A DNA stretch of 47,592 nucleotides from an uncultured Planctomycetota bacterium (GTDB lineage Bacteria > Planctomycetota > SKW154): positions 1 through 47,592 of the forward strand of contig CAZPBO010000002.1 of assembly GCA_964584815.1 (NCBI GenBank). Direction: 5' to 3'. A program made the translations under genes and the position numbers. Positions 33,447-42,200 of the stretch are shown one piece after another. Each line of letters opens with the position of its first letter. Position 1 is the stretch's first letter. The notes below the pieces were generated by a model. That model did not search any database and was not told the origin of the DNA. It saw only the letters and a list, made by a program, of their open reading frames with translations.

Positions 33447-35200
33447 TCGCGTTGAAACCTGACAAACAGAAAGAAGCAAAGAACAACAAATATCGCTGAT
33501 GGCAACGCTCCATAGCCGAGCGCAAAAGATATGTTGTGTGCGCGCAGCAGTCCGCAAACCACCCCCGTCAATGCCTCACCACCTATCAAACCTGCCGCGC
33601 ACATCACAGGCAACAACCCACCCCTGCTACCGGCTAACTTTCTGCTTATCCACATCGCCACACCGCCAAGTCCCACCATAAGCCCCAGCGCAGGCGGAAG
33701 ATACAACCCCACTGCCACCGCCATCGCTGGCACCTTCACACCACGCCAGCGCCGCCTCAACAACCACTCCAGCACAACAAGCATCCCGCCCACCGCCACT
33801 CCTAACAGAAATATGCTGCCTGAAAGCGGTGTTTTGCGCCCCAAAAGCGCCCCTGTTATGGTGGCAAACATCGTTGCTTGCGGTGCAGGCAGAGCATTGC
33901 TGCCCACCCCGTAGCCTTTGTGCAGCCACGAAAGGACAAACGCGACGACAGGTGCCGCCGCAAGAACCCCCAGAATCTGCACTCCCTGCTGCGCAAACGG
34001 CTTGGCGCCAACAATCTGCCCTGTTTTCAAATCCTGCGATATGTCAGCCGCTGTCGCCGCCGCTGTCGTCAGAACACATCCCCCCAGCAAAACCACTTCC
34101 TGCATTCTGAAGCCATTCCCCATCAACCCCGCCATCACCACACAGACCGCAGCCAAAACCAGAAGCACGGCGCCAGTCACAGGGTTGACCGAAAATGTCG
34201 CCACGCCCAACATCGCTGATGGACGCCCAAGACCCGCAAAACGCGACGCCATCGCCACAACAAAAAAGAGCGCTCCCACCACCATTGCCACCACCCAAAA
34301 AGCCTCTCCGCCGCCTCCAAAAAAGCCGCAAAAATGAATCAAAAGCGCTGTAACAACCGCTACCACAACCACAAATATTGCCCACGGACTTATGTCAACA
34401 CCGCTCCTCCTCTGGTGGATGAAATATGTTCTTGCAGAATGTAGGGATGCGACCAGGTCGCGCCACACACCAAAAAGCCAGAAAACCGCCACCGCCGCCA
34501 TCGCACCAACCCCCGCGTATCTTACCGCCGCCCACGATGTGGCTGTGTCAACACCACCCAATGCTCCGTAAAACGGCACAAACACCCCAGCACAGAGCAA
34601 CGCCCCGCATATCACCCCAACTCCCACAACAGGTCCGAAAACCGCTCCCGCCGCAAACGGTGCCACAGCGAAATCCAGCCCCCATATACTGCCCCATCTC
34701 ACCGCCGCCACCCCACTCTCCGACAGCGCCGAAAACATCTTGGAAACCGCACCAACCGCAAAACCGCTCACCACAGGTTTTATAACCCGCACATCGCTAC
34801 GCAGCACATCCGCACACATCTTCCCGCGCACATACTCAATATGTCGTGCGTTCACAAGTCCCGCCCGCAATGGTATCATCAAAAACACACCCAGCATCCC
34901 ACCTGCAAACGCCAGCAGTGTTGTCGTCACATAATCAAAGTCAACCCATATACCCGCAAGCAGCAATGCCGGCACGCAGAAAAATATGCCTGTGGCGAGG
35001 GACTCACCTGCGGATGCGGCGGTCTGGGCGATGTTTGCTGGCAGCGTTCCGCGGAGGATAGCGACACCGAGCGCGGCTGCAGGAACCGACGCCGCAAATG
35101 TTATTCCCGCCCGCAGACCCATATACAGGTTGGCTGCACACGCCAAAACCCCTGCCACAACCCCCAGCACCACCGCTCCCGCCGTCACCTCTCGCCTCAA
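33443..35200 (-). CDS. OPT-family oligopeptide transporter
   Basis: 585 aa and polytopic. The N-terminus REVTAGAVVLGVVAGVLACAANLYMGLRAGITFAASVPAA is typical of OPT superfamily proteins. Its stop overlaps the convergent stop of paralog B by 4 nt. Confidence 0.75.
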   Translation of the reverse strand: MRREVTAGAVVLGVVAGVLACAANLYMGLRAGITFAASVPAAALGVAILRGTLPANIAQTAASAGESLATGIFFCVPALLLAGIWVDFDYVTTTLLAFAGGMLGVFLMIPLRAGLVNARHIEYVRGKMCADVLRSDVRVIKPVVSGFAVGAVSKMFSALSESGVAAVRWGSIWGLDFAVAPFAAGAVFGPVVGVGVICGALLCAGVFVPFYGALGGVDTATSWAAVRYAGVGAMAAVAVFWLFGVWRDLVASLHSARTYFIHQRRSGVDISPWAIFVVVVAVVTALLIHFCGFFGGGGEAFWVVAMVVGALFFVVAMASRFAGLGRPSAMLGVATFSVNPVTGAVLLVLAAVCVVMAGLMGNGFRMQEVVLLGGCVLTTAAATAADISQDLKTGQIVGAKPFAQQGVQILGVLAAAPVVAFVLSWLHKGYGVGSNALPAPQATMFATITGALLGRKTPLSGSIFLLGVAVGGMLVVLEWLLRRRWRGVKVPAMAVAVGLYLPPALGLMVGLGGVAMWISRKLAGSRGGLLPVMCAAGLIGGEALTGVVCGLLRAHNISFALGYGALPSAIFVVLCFFLFVRFQRD

Positions 35201-35211
35201 AACAATCCCCT

Positions 35212-35988
35212 TCAGTCAAGTCCCAAAAGACGCCGAAATGTCAGAGCATTTCTGACCGCGCTTGCGGCGTAGCAGTTGTTGAAGAAGACAAACACCCGTC
35301 GCGCTCGCCCCGCCAACTCCCTTACCTTCTCCACCCACTCCTCCAACTCCGCCTCATTGTAGCAGTAGTCGTAACGCAACTTCTCGTCCTTGAACCAATT
35401 TCTTGCGTTGCGCGAGTGGAGCCGCACATATGCGGGGTCTGCCGTATAGCGCACACGCCTGTCAGGCAGTCCCAGAATTCGGGGCAGGTCAACACACACA
35501 TAAGCGGCGTCCAGCATCGCCAGATGGTCAAAGACCTCTTCCTTCTGCCAGGAGATGTGGCGGAACTCAACGGCAAACGGCACCCCGGCAAAGGCGGTTC
35601 TCAATTGGGCGATGTAGCGGCGGTTCTGCGGTCTGTCGCGGAAAGAGTTGGGGAACTGCGCCAACAAACAGCCCAACTTGCCCGACTCAATCATCGGACG
35701 CAGCGCACCCTTAAAACGCCCCACCGCATCCGTATCCAACACTTCTCCCATATCATGCGTGAAACACCTGTTCAACTTCACACAGAAAAGGAACCCTTCT
35801 GGTGTGCTCTCCACCATCCCCGCCAGACCACGCTCACCAGGCATTGAGTAGAAGGTGAAGTTCACCTCCAGTGTGTCAAAGCGGGCGGAGTAATAGGAGA
35901 GCCACTCCTTTCTGGGGAGGTGGGATGGATAGAAAAAGTCAACCCAGTCTGGGAACTGAAAGCCGCTTGTGCCTACGAGGATGCCCAT
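35212..35988 (-). CDS. DUF72 (YecE/UPF0759) family protein
   Basis: The start was moved to ATG 35988 (MGILVGTSGFQFPDWVDFFYP, the classic DUF72 start). The listed longer ORF runs through the tRNA-Val gene. Confidence 0.8.
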   Translation of the reverse strand: MGILVGTSGFQFPDWVDFFYPSHLPRKEWLSYYSARFDTLEVNFTFYSMPGERGLAGMVESTPEGFLFCVKLNRCFTHDMGEVLDTDAVGRFKGALRPMIESGKLGCLLAQFPNSFRDRPQNRRYIAQLRTAFAGVPFAVEFRHISWQKEEVFDHLAMLDAAYVCVDLPRILGLPDRRVRYTADPAYVRLHSRNARNWFKDEKLRYDYCYNEAELEEWVEKVRELAGRARRVFVFFNNCYAASAVRNALTFRRLLGLD

Positions 35989-36013
35989 CGCGAGAGTCCA
36001 ACCGATAAAAAAA

Positions 36014-36087
36014 TGGGCGGTGGTGGACTTGAACCACCGACCTCGTGCTTGTCGAGCACGCGCTCTAACCAACTGAGCTAACCGCCC
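36014..36087 (-). tRNA. tRNA-Val (anticodon GAC)
   Basis: The reverse complement GGGCGGTTAGCTCAGTTGGTTAGAGCGCGTGCTCGACAAGCACGAGGTCGGTGGTTCAAGTCCACCACCGCCCA folds as a cloverleaf. Anticodon arm CGTGC-TCGACAA-GCACG. No encoded CCA. Confidence 0.85.
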
Positions 36088-36097
36088 TGCATAAATA

Positions 36098-36125
36098 CCT
36101 ATAGCAGACACAAACAAACTGTCAA
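36098..36125 (-). promoter_or_regulatory. Sigma70-type promoter for tRNA-Val
   Basis: Minus strand: TTGACA (36125-36120), 16-nt spacer, TATAGG (36103-36098), 10 nt before the tRNA 5' end. Confidence 0.5.
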
Positions 36126-36160
36126 GCAAAACCTGCTTAGCCTTCAACACAAAACCGATG

Positions 36161-37264
36161 TCAGGTTTGCAGGAGGAGTTGGACAAGTTTTTGGGCGTAT
36201 TTGGAGATGGGGTATTGGGCGGCGATGCGATGCGCGGCTTCGCTGAAACTCTCTTTTCTGTTGAGCAGACGCTGCACCGCCGCCGCTACCGCCTCCTCAT
36301 CCGGGTCGCTGGGCAGCACCACCCCGCAGTCAGGTCTTACAATTTCTGCGCTGCCCGTGTCCTGTGTCACCGCAACAGGCAGTGCGGATGCCATCGCCTC
36401 AAGAACGGCATTACAGAAGGGGTCATAGCGGCTGGGGAGTAGGAAAACATCCGCCGCGCCGTAGAAACGCTCCACATCGTCACGCCGTCCGACAAACACC
36501 ACCCTCTCCGCCACCCCAAGCCGCCGCGCAAGCGCTCCAAACCCCCTCACATCACCCCCTCCTGCCACAACAAGCACACCTTCCTTTATCCTCCTCATCG
36601 CAGAAAGCGCAATATCAAGCCCTTTGCGCTTAAAATCCATCCCGACAAAGAGTATGAGCGGGCGTGTGGAGATGCCCAGTTCTTTGCGGACGGCTTGACT
36701 GTGACGCCGCAGGTCTGGATTGAAACGCTGGGGGTCATAGCCGTTGTGAAGGACGACGATTTTTGAGGGTGGAACACCATAATAGCGCCGCATAAGGGCG
36801 GCATCCATATGGGACAGAGCAATGATGCGCCTGATGTGTCCGCTGCGGAAGACCCGCTCCTCCAATTGAAGCAGCGAACGCTGTTTGGGATTGAGCCATC
36901 CGAGGAGTCTGTCGGCGGGGTTGGGTTTATGGCGGCGCAGCCAGTGGATGAAGAGTGGGTCGCCTGAACGGAGGATGTGGGCTCTGTCAAGGCGGCAGAA
37001 GGCGAGGATTTTGTCGGGGTCAAGGGCGTTGAGTGCTCTGCGTGCGGCGCGTATGAAGAGCAGATGGCGCGCAAAAGTCTTCACTGGCACCGTCTTAACG
37101 CGGTGAACGGAAAGCCCCGCAGGCAAGCCTTCTGCATCCGCCATTTCCGCCACAACCGAGACCCGCCACCCGCGTTTGAGCAACTCCCGCGCCACAAGAA
37201 CGGCATATCCCTCCGCACCGCCTTTCTTGAAGGTGAAGTGGCGCCTCACCAACGCTACATGCAT
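36161..37264 (-). CDS. Glycosyltransferase family 4 (GT-B, WaaG/RfaG-like)
   Basis: 367 aa. MHVALVRRHFTFKKGGAEGY start, and the C-terminal sugar-nucleotide motif LLPSRYDPFCNAVLEAMASALPVAVT (EX7E region). Its start overlaps the cca stop by 10 nt. Confidence 0.8.
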   Translation of the reverse strand: MHVALVRRHFTFKKGGAEGYAVLVARELLKRGWRVSVVAEMADAEGLPAGLSVHRVKTVPVKTFARHLLFIRAARRALNALDPDKILAFCRLDRAHILRSGDPLFIHWLRRHKPNPADRLLGWLNPKQRSLLQLEERVFRSGHIRRIIALSHMDAALMRRYYGVPPSKIVVLHNGYDPQRFNPDLRRHSQAVRKELGISTRPLILFVGMDFKRKGLDIALSAMRRIKEGVLVVAGGGDVRGFGALARRLGVAERVVFVGRRDDVERFYGAADVFLLPSRYDPFCNAVLEAMASALPVAVTQDTGSAEIVRPDCGVVLPSDPDEEAVAAAVQRLLNRKESFSEAAHRIAAQYPISKYAQKLVQLLLQT

Positions 37265-38472
37265 TGCTGCTTCCTGAAAAGCCGCTGTGCTAACTTCAAC
37301 GCTTCATCCTTGCTGCTTATGCGCCCCTCCAGTTGCGCATCATAGACCGCCTCAAGAATGCGTCCAAAAGCAGGCGAGGGGGTAAAGCCCGCCTCTATCA
37401 GGTCGTTACCGTCAAGAAGCGGTGGCGGGGCTATTTCTTCGTCTTTAAGGGAAGCGCGCAGGCGCTTCACAAACGCTACAGATTCGGGCTCCCCGCAGCC
37501 TGCCTTTGCCTTTGCCTCATAAAGCGTCAGCAACTCTCCCCATTCAGGACGCGCAAAAAGCCGTTTGAGGAACGAAAGCCGTTTTTGGGCTGCCCCGTCA
37601 AGTGCGTTGTGGTGCTTTGTGAGGTAAAGCAGTCTTGCGCGCTCCTCTCGGCTCATCTTGAGCCGCTCAGCGCATTCCGCCGCCGCACGCTCCCCTTCCT
37701 TATGGTAGACCGCCGCCAGACCCGTCACCACTGTGCAGGAGGGAAGGTTGCCCAGCACCGCTGAGGCGTGTTCTGAATCCTTAACTTCTGGGAAAAGCGC
37801 CGCAAACAGACCACTCTCAACCAGCAGTTTTGCCGCAAGACTGTTGCGCCCCACACTCATCATTCGCCCCAACTCTTCCCTTATCCGCTCGCCGCTCACT
37901 ACCACGATTTGCGCCGCTTCCTCCTTCAGCGCCGCAAATGTCGCTTCCTCTATCTTAAACTCAAGTTGCACAGCAAACCGCACCGCACGCAGCATCCTCA
38001 ACCTATCCTCGCAAAACCGCTCCTTTGGGTCGCCTATGGCGCGGATTATGCCGCGCTTTATGTCGTCCCTTCCCCCAACAAAGTCGTAAACCTTTTTCTG
38101 TATCGGGTCGTAGAGAAGTCCGTTGATGGTGAAATCACGGCGGAGAACATCGGTCTTTTCGTCGCAGAATGAGACATTGTCGGGATGGCGTCCGTTGGCG
38201 TAACCTGACTCCTTTCTGAAGGTAGCGACTTGGAAGTGGTGTGGACCGACAACAACGATGATGACGCCGAACTGGGCGCCTACGGGGATGGTTTTGCGGA
38301 AGAGTTGGGTTATCTGCTGCGGCGTTGCGCTTGTTGCGATGTCAATCTCGTGTGGTCGGCGTCCAAGTAGCATATCGCGAACACAGCCGCCGACCCAATA
38401 GGCTTTGTGTCCTGCTTTCTTTAAGCGCTTGACGACCCGCAAAGCCGCCTCTTCAAGGGTTGTGGTTCTCAC
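37255..38472 (-). CDS. cca: tRNA nucleotidyltransferase (CCA-adding enzyme / poly(A) polymerase family, class II, no HD domain seen)
   Basis: AYWVGGCVRDMLLGRRPHEIDIAT (GGxVRD...DxD), RRDFTINGLLYD and EDRLRMLRAVRF motifs. Its start overlaps the exbD stop by 4 nt. Confidence 0.85.
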   Translation of the reverse strand: MRTTTLEEAALRVVKRLKKAGHKAYWVGGCVRDMLLGRRPHEIDIATSATPQQITQLFRKTIPVGAQFGVIIVVVGPHHFQVATFRKESGYANGRHPDNVSFCDEKTDVLRRDFTINGLLYDPIQKKVYDFVGGRDDIKRGIIRAIGDPKERFCEDRLRMLRAVRFAVQLEFKIEEATFAALKEEAAQIVVVSGERIREELGRMMSVGRNSLAAKLLVESGLFAALFPEVKDSEHASAVLGNLPSCTVVTGLAAVYHKEGERAAAECAERLKMSREERARLLYLTKHHNALDGAAQKRLSFLKRLFARPEWGELLTLYEAKAKAGCGEPESVAFVKRLRASLKDEEIAPPPLLDGNDLIEAGFTPSPAFGRILEAVYDAQLEGRISSKDEALKLAQRLFRKQQCM

Positions 38473-38858
38473 CGCTCTTCCTCCGCGGCGATGGAGAGGC
38501 GCTTTGCGCCGCCCAGACGGCAGGCGTCCAGCACATCCACAAGACGCCCCACTGGCGCGCCTTTGTCCGCCACAACTATCACCTCGCGTTCGGCGCCTTT
38601 CAGTGCCTCTGAAACGGCATAGCGCAGCGAGGCGCAGTCGGTTCGCTCCCCACGAAAATATACCGACCCATCGCGCTTTATCACCACAGAGAGCGGTGTT
38701 GTGCGGGACGGTGTGGCAGTCGCCGCCCGTGGACGCTCCACCTCCAACGCCGCCTGGCGCTCAAAACTCGCCGCCACAAGAAAGAATATCAGCAGTATGA
38801 ACATCATATCTATCAGCGGCGCTATGGAGATTTGCGGCTCCTCTGCTCTCCTTCGCAA
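38469..38858 (-). CDS. exbD: ExbD/TolR-family biopolymer transport protein
   Basis: ISIAPLIDMMFILLIFFLV TM signature. I prefer the TTG start at 38858 (GGAGG 8 nt upstream), giving (M)RRRAEEPQ. The listed ATG at 38882 is the alternative. Confidence 0.8.
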   Translation of the reverse strand: MRRRAEEPQISIAPLIDMMFILLIFFLVAASFERQAALEVERPRAATATPSRTTPLSVVIKRDGSVYFRGERTDCASLRYAVSEALKGAEREVIVVADKGAPVGRLVDVLDACRLGGAKRLSIAAEEER

Positions 38859-39202
38859 CGCGTTAGCCTCCAGATTCCCCATCTTGAAAGGAGTATAAGT
38901 GGCAACGCCGCCACAAGCCCCGCCTCCGTCGTCAAAAGCGCCTCCGATATCCCACCCGCCAAGAAACCCGGCTCACCCGCCCCGTAACTTTGTATCGCCT
39001 CAAACGCACGCATCATACCTCGCACCGTCCCGAGCAACCCCAAAAGTGGCGCCACCACCGCACACGCACCACCAAACTCAAGCCACCACCGTCTCCGCAA
39101 AAATATCCCACGCAAAACGCAGAACCATCCCACCACAGAAACCACCACTATCACAAAAAAGACCCCCCCGCCTTTCTCCAGCAACTCAATCACCTTCTCC
39201 AC
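38822..39202 (-). CDS. exbB: Minimal MotA/TolQ/ExbB-family proton-channel protein (126 aa)
   Basis: LGLLGTVRGMMRAFEAI and GGISEALLTTEAGLVAALPLIL are the conserved TM2/TM3 blocks. The TM1-TM2 loop is only about 12 aa. It overlaps both neighbours. Confidence 0.75.
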   Translation of the reverse strand: MEKVIELLEKGGGVFFVIVVVSVVGWFCVLRGIFLRRRWWLEFGGACAVVAPLLGLLGTVRGMMRAFEAIQSYGAGEPGFLAGGISEALLTTEAGLVAALPLILLSRWGIWRLTRCEGEQRSRKSP

Positions 39203-40472
39203 TTCTTTTAACCTCCCCGTTTCCCAAACCGGTCAGCACGACCACCGCGTTTCTTATCCCAGACTCTGTCATTCGTCTCTCCCCCTCGTGCAACTTCGCT
39301 TTGAAATCCGCAAACCGCAACAGCCACCACAGACGCAGTCCAAGACACCGCTCCAGAAAGCCCACAACATCGCCGCGCCAGCATATCCTGCCGTTTATCC
39401 AGCCCCGCTGTCCCACCACAACGCAGGTGTAGCGATACTCTGTTTGAGGTGTTTGCCCAGCAGGAGCAAGCAAAAGCACAGAACCGACCGCCGTCTTTGG
39501 GGCGAAGCCTTCATAAAGGATGTGCTTTGTGGATGGCAGGATGAGTGCGACGCCGCCTTCTGGCGCGTCTTTAAGAGCAAGTTCTGCGCCATCATAACGC
39601 CCCGCCGCATAGCAGAAGAAGGCAAAGCGGTTCTTCCAGATGAGAGTTCCGCTGATGCGCCAGATGCGAGGAGCCCACAGCAGGACCGCCGCCACACAAC
39701 CCGCACAACACGCACCCACTACCGCACCCACCGCCGCGCGCCCCATATAACGCCACAGCAACGACGCACCCAAATACCCACCCGCAACTATCAAAAGCAG
39801 TCCAAACCACCTCAAACCGACATCAGAGAAGCGGTCGGGAACCACAGGCTCAAAACCAAGCCGCATTCTCTGCGCCACTTTGGGCACCCTGCTGCCGTAT
39901 GTGGTAAACGGCACATCCGCGGGTTTCTTATCAGTCAATATGTGAAGCCTGCCGCCTGTGGCAAGGAAACGGACAAACGCCGCCTTCCAATCCTCCCCCA
40001 AACCCCGCCACTGCTCCTCCGTCAGAACAATCTGTCTGAAAGACGAAAGCAGAAACGGAGAAGGCAAAAATTCCTGCGGTCTGATTGTTGCGCCGTATTT
40101 GCCGTCCAATGACGCTGTGGTGGTGTTATGTTCTGTTCTGAAGGCGGTCATCAGCCATTCCGCAACTTGAGGGAAGAACTCCTCCCTTTCGGCGTTGACA
40201 AGAGAGACCTTGACGACGGCGGGCTGCTCGGGGATGTAGAAAGGAATCTGAACGGTTGTTCTTGAATGCGCTGGTAGCACGACAGGTTTCTCAAAGGTGA
40301 GAGGACCAACAGTTAGACGAAGGCGTCCTTCAAAGGCGTCGGTTGTGGTGACAGAAATTCTTGCGGCTTGCCAGGCATTGGGCGGCAGTCTGTCGGCAAA
40401 CACCGACTCGCCCTCAAGCGACACAGCAGCAAGCACAAGAAGCACCGCCATCACTCTACCCCACTGTTTCAC
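39186..40472 (-). CDS. Hypothetical membrane protein (signal/anchor, ~210-aa exposed domain, 2 central TM helices, ~150-aa C-terminal domain)
   Basis: ORF with a GTG start at 40472; ATG 40451 is more likely (MAVLLVLAAVSLEG). Central helices are LRWFGLLLIVAGGYLGASLLW and AAVGAVVGACCAGCVAAVLLW. No motif I recognise. It overlaps the exbB start by 17 nt. Confidence 0.55.
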   Translation of the reverse strand: MKQWGRVMAVLLVLAAVSLEGESVFADRLPPNAWQAARISVTTTDAFEGRLRLTVGPLTFEKPVVLPAHSRTTVQIPFYIPEQPAVVKVSLVNAEREEFFPQVAEWLMTAFRTEHNTTTASLDGKYGATIRPQEFLPSPFLLSSFRQIVLTEEQWRGLGEDWKAAFVRFLATGGRLHILTDKKPADVPFTTYGSRVPKVAQRMRLGFEPVVPDRFSDVGLRWFGLLLIVAGGYLGASLLWRYMGRAAVGAVVGACCAGCVAAVLLWAPRIWRISGTLIWKNRFAFFCYAAGRYDGAELALKDAPEGGVALILPSTKHILYEGFAPKTAVGSVLLLAPAGQTPQTEYRYTCVVVGQRGWINGRICWRGDVVGFLERCLGLRLWWLLRFADFKAKLHEGERRMTESGIRNAVVVLTGLGNGEVKRSGEGD

Positions 40473-40542
40473 TTATTAAACCACACCGCCGCTTCCTTCT
40501 CAACGCCTTCTTCCCAATGCCGCCTGCAGGATGCCTACAGCA

Positions 40543-40571
40543 TTGGAAAATGGGATGGCAGCGGATATAAT
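40543..40571 (+). promoter_or_regulatory. Sigma70-type promoter for the HAD-GT2 pair
   Basis: TTGGAA (40543-40548), 17-nt spacer, TATAAT (40566-40571), 23 nt before the GTG start, with GGAGG in between. Confidence 0.55.
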
Positions 40572-40594
40572 CATCACAGGATGGAGGTGGTTGC

Positions 40595-41320
40595 GTGAGG
40601 CGGAAACTGAGCGCGATATTCTTTGACATTGACGATACGCTGTATCCGAGTTATGAGTTTTCGGAGATGGCGCGTGATGCGTCACTTGAGGCGATGATAC
40701 GCGCAGGACTCCGTATGCCCAAGGAGCAACTGCAGAGGGAGTTGGAGGAGGTGGTGGGGGAGTTTTCAAGCAACTATGAGCACCATTTTGACAAATTGCT
40801 GCTACGGATACCAAAAAGATACTATAAAGGGGTGAACGCGGCGGTTCTTGTGGCGGCTGCGGTTGTGGCATACCACGACACGAAATTTCGCCATCTCCGC
40901 CCGTACGAGGATGTGTATGAGGTGATAAAACTGCTTTACAACACCGACCTGATACTGGGCGTGATAACGGATGGACTGACGGTGAAGCAGGCGGAGAAGT
41001 TGGTGCGTTTGAAGGTGCTGCCGTATCTGACGCCGAACGCCATTTTTATTTCCGACCAGATAGGAATAGGCAAGCCGAATGTGAAACTGTACCTGCGCGC
41101 CTGCAACGACTTGAACATCCGCCCCGCTGAATGTATGTATGTCGGCGACAACCCCATAAACGACATAGACCCCCCCAACAAAATCGGGATGGTGACGGTG
41201 CGGAATATGCGCTCCAGTCGCTATCTCCACATCAAAGGCGAAACTGAACCTGACTATGAGATTCACAACTTCTGGGACCTGCTTGATATTCTGCGTGAGG
41301 ATTTCGGGCTTGAGGTCTGA
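40595..41320 (+). CDS. HAD-superfamily hydrolase (subfamily IA-like)
   Basis: AIFFDIDDTLY (DxDxT), GVITDG (motif II Thr) and YVGDNPINDI (motif IV). GTG start. Confidence 0.8.
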   Translation: MRRKLSAIFFDIDDTLYPSYEFSEMARDASLEAMIRAGLRMPKEQLQRELEEVVGEFSSNYEHHFDKLLLRIPKRYYKGVNAAVLVAAAVVAYHDTKFRHLRPYEDVYEVIKLLYNTDLILGVITDGLTVKQAEKLVRLKVLPYLTPNAIFISDQIGIGKPNVKLYLRACNDLNIRPAECMYVGDNPINDIDPPNKIGMVTVRNMRSSRYLHIKGETEPDYEIHNFWDLLDILREDFGLEV

Positions 41321-42200
41321 CGGGGTAAGCGTTGTTGTGCCTGTTTATGAGGAGGCAGAAAGCGTTTTGCCGCTTGTGGAGCGACTGGAGAAGGCGCTTT
41401 CTGGGCGGGAGTTTGAAGTGGTGCTGGTGGATGACGGGTCGGGACAGGCGACGGCAAAGGCGCTTTCGGAGGCGGAGGAACGGTTCGGCTTTGTGCGGGT
41501 TGTGCGCCTTATGCGGCACCGTGGCAAGGGAGCGGCACTGCTTGCAGGATACGCCACCTCGTCCTATCCGATTATAGTCACTTTGGATGCCGACCTGCAG
41601 AATCCACCTGAGGAAGTGGGAAAACTGCTGGAAGCGCTGGAGAGGGGGGCGGATGTGGTGGTGGGATGGCGGAAGGTGAGGGAGGATAAGTGGGGAAGGC
41701 GGCTGCAGGGTTGGCTTTTCAACGCGGCATTGAGGGCTTTGGGGTCGCCTGTGCGAGATGCGAACTGTGGGCTGCGGGCGTTCAGGCGGGAGGTGGTGGA
41801 GAGTCCGCTTTGCGGGACAAGCCGTTATAGGATACTGGCGCCGCTTGCGATGATGGCGGGATTCTCGGTGGCGGAGGTGGAGGTGAGGCACAGGAAGCGG
41901 CGCTGGGGGCGCTCAAAGTTCGGCTTTTTACGGCTGTTCGCGGCATTGGGCGACTTTGCGCTTCTTTTGGGAGTGCATCTGACCAGAAGACGGCGACTGG
42001 CTTATGGTTTAAGTGTTATTTTTGCAGCGGTAGCGGCGGTTGTGCTGCTTACAGAACCTTTTTATGTTGCATTAGGGATGTGTTTTGCGGTGGTGTCACT
42101 TATTTTGTGGGCGTTGGCGGCAACAAAGCCCGAAGACCTTCTTAAACCGTTCGCGAAGAAAATAGCCCCGACGGGAATCGAACCCGCACCTCGGGCTTGA
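41310..42200 (+). CDS. Glycosyltransferase family 2, polyprenol-phosphate sugar transferase-like (GtrB/DPM1-like) with C-terminal TM helices
   Basis: Probable TTG start at 41310 (GAGGA 8 nt upstream) gives (M)RSDGVSVVVPVYEE. VLVDDGSGQ and LDADLQNPPEE motifs are present. The last 38 nt run antisense through tRNA-Glu. Confidence 0.8.
   Translation: MRSDGVSVVVPVYEEAESVLPLVERLEKALSGREFEVVLVDDGSGQATAKALSEAEERFGFVRVVRLMRHRGKGAALLAGYATSSYPIIVTLDADLQNPPEEVGKLLEALERGADVVVGWRKVREDKWGRRLQGWLFNAALRALGSPVRDANCGLRAFRREVVESPLCGTSRYRILAPLAMMAGFSVAEVEVRHRKRRWGRSKFGFLRLFAALGDFALLLGVHLTRRRRLAYGLSVIFAAVAAVVLLTEPFYVALGMCFAVVSLILWALAATKPEDLLKPFAKKIAPTGIEPAPRA

Noticed and set aside
35989-36186. N-terminal 66-aa extension of the DUF72 ORF
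   Set aside because: The extension reads straight through tRNA-Val (36014..36087) on the same strand. The canonical DUF72 start MGILVGTSGF begins at 35988.
38822-39202. The short ExbB being a frameshifted pseudogene fragment
   Set aside because: It retains three TM helices and both conserved channel blocks, and it has intact overlapping coupling to both neighbours. The upstream 428-aa ORF shows no ExbB-like N-terminal sequence that would indicate a split gene.
39288-40112. 274-aa plus-strand ORF, with similar long shadow ORFs at 8129..8794, 9135..9869, 35098..35847, 41232..41891, 43597..44361 and 45572..46087
   Set aside because: All are antisense to genes with better support and have biased Arg/Pro/His/Gln composition. 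None has a plausible RBS plus motif.
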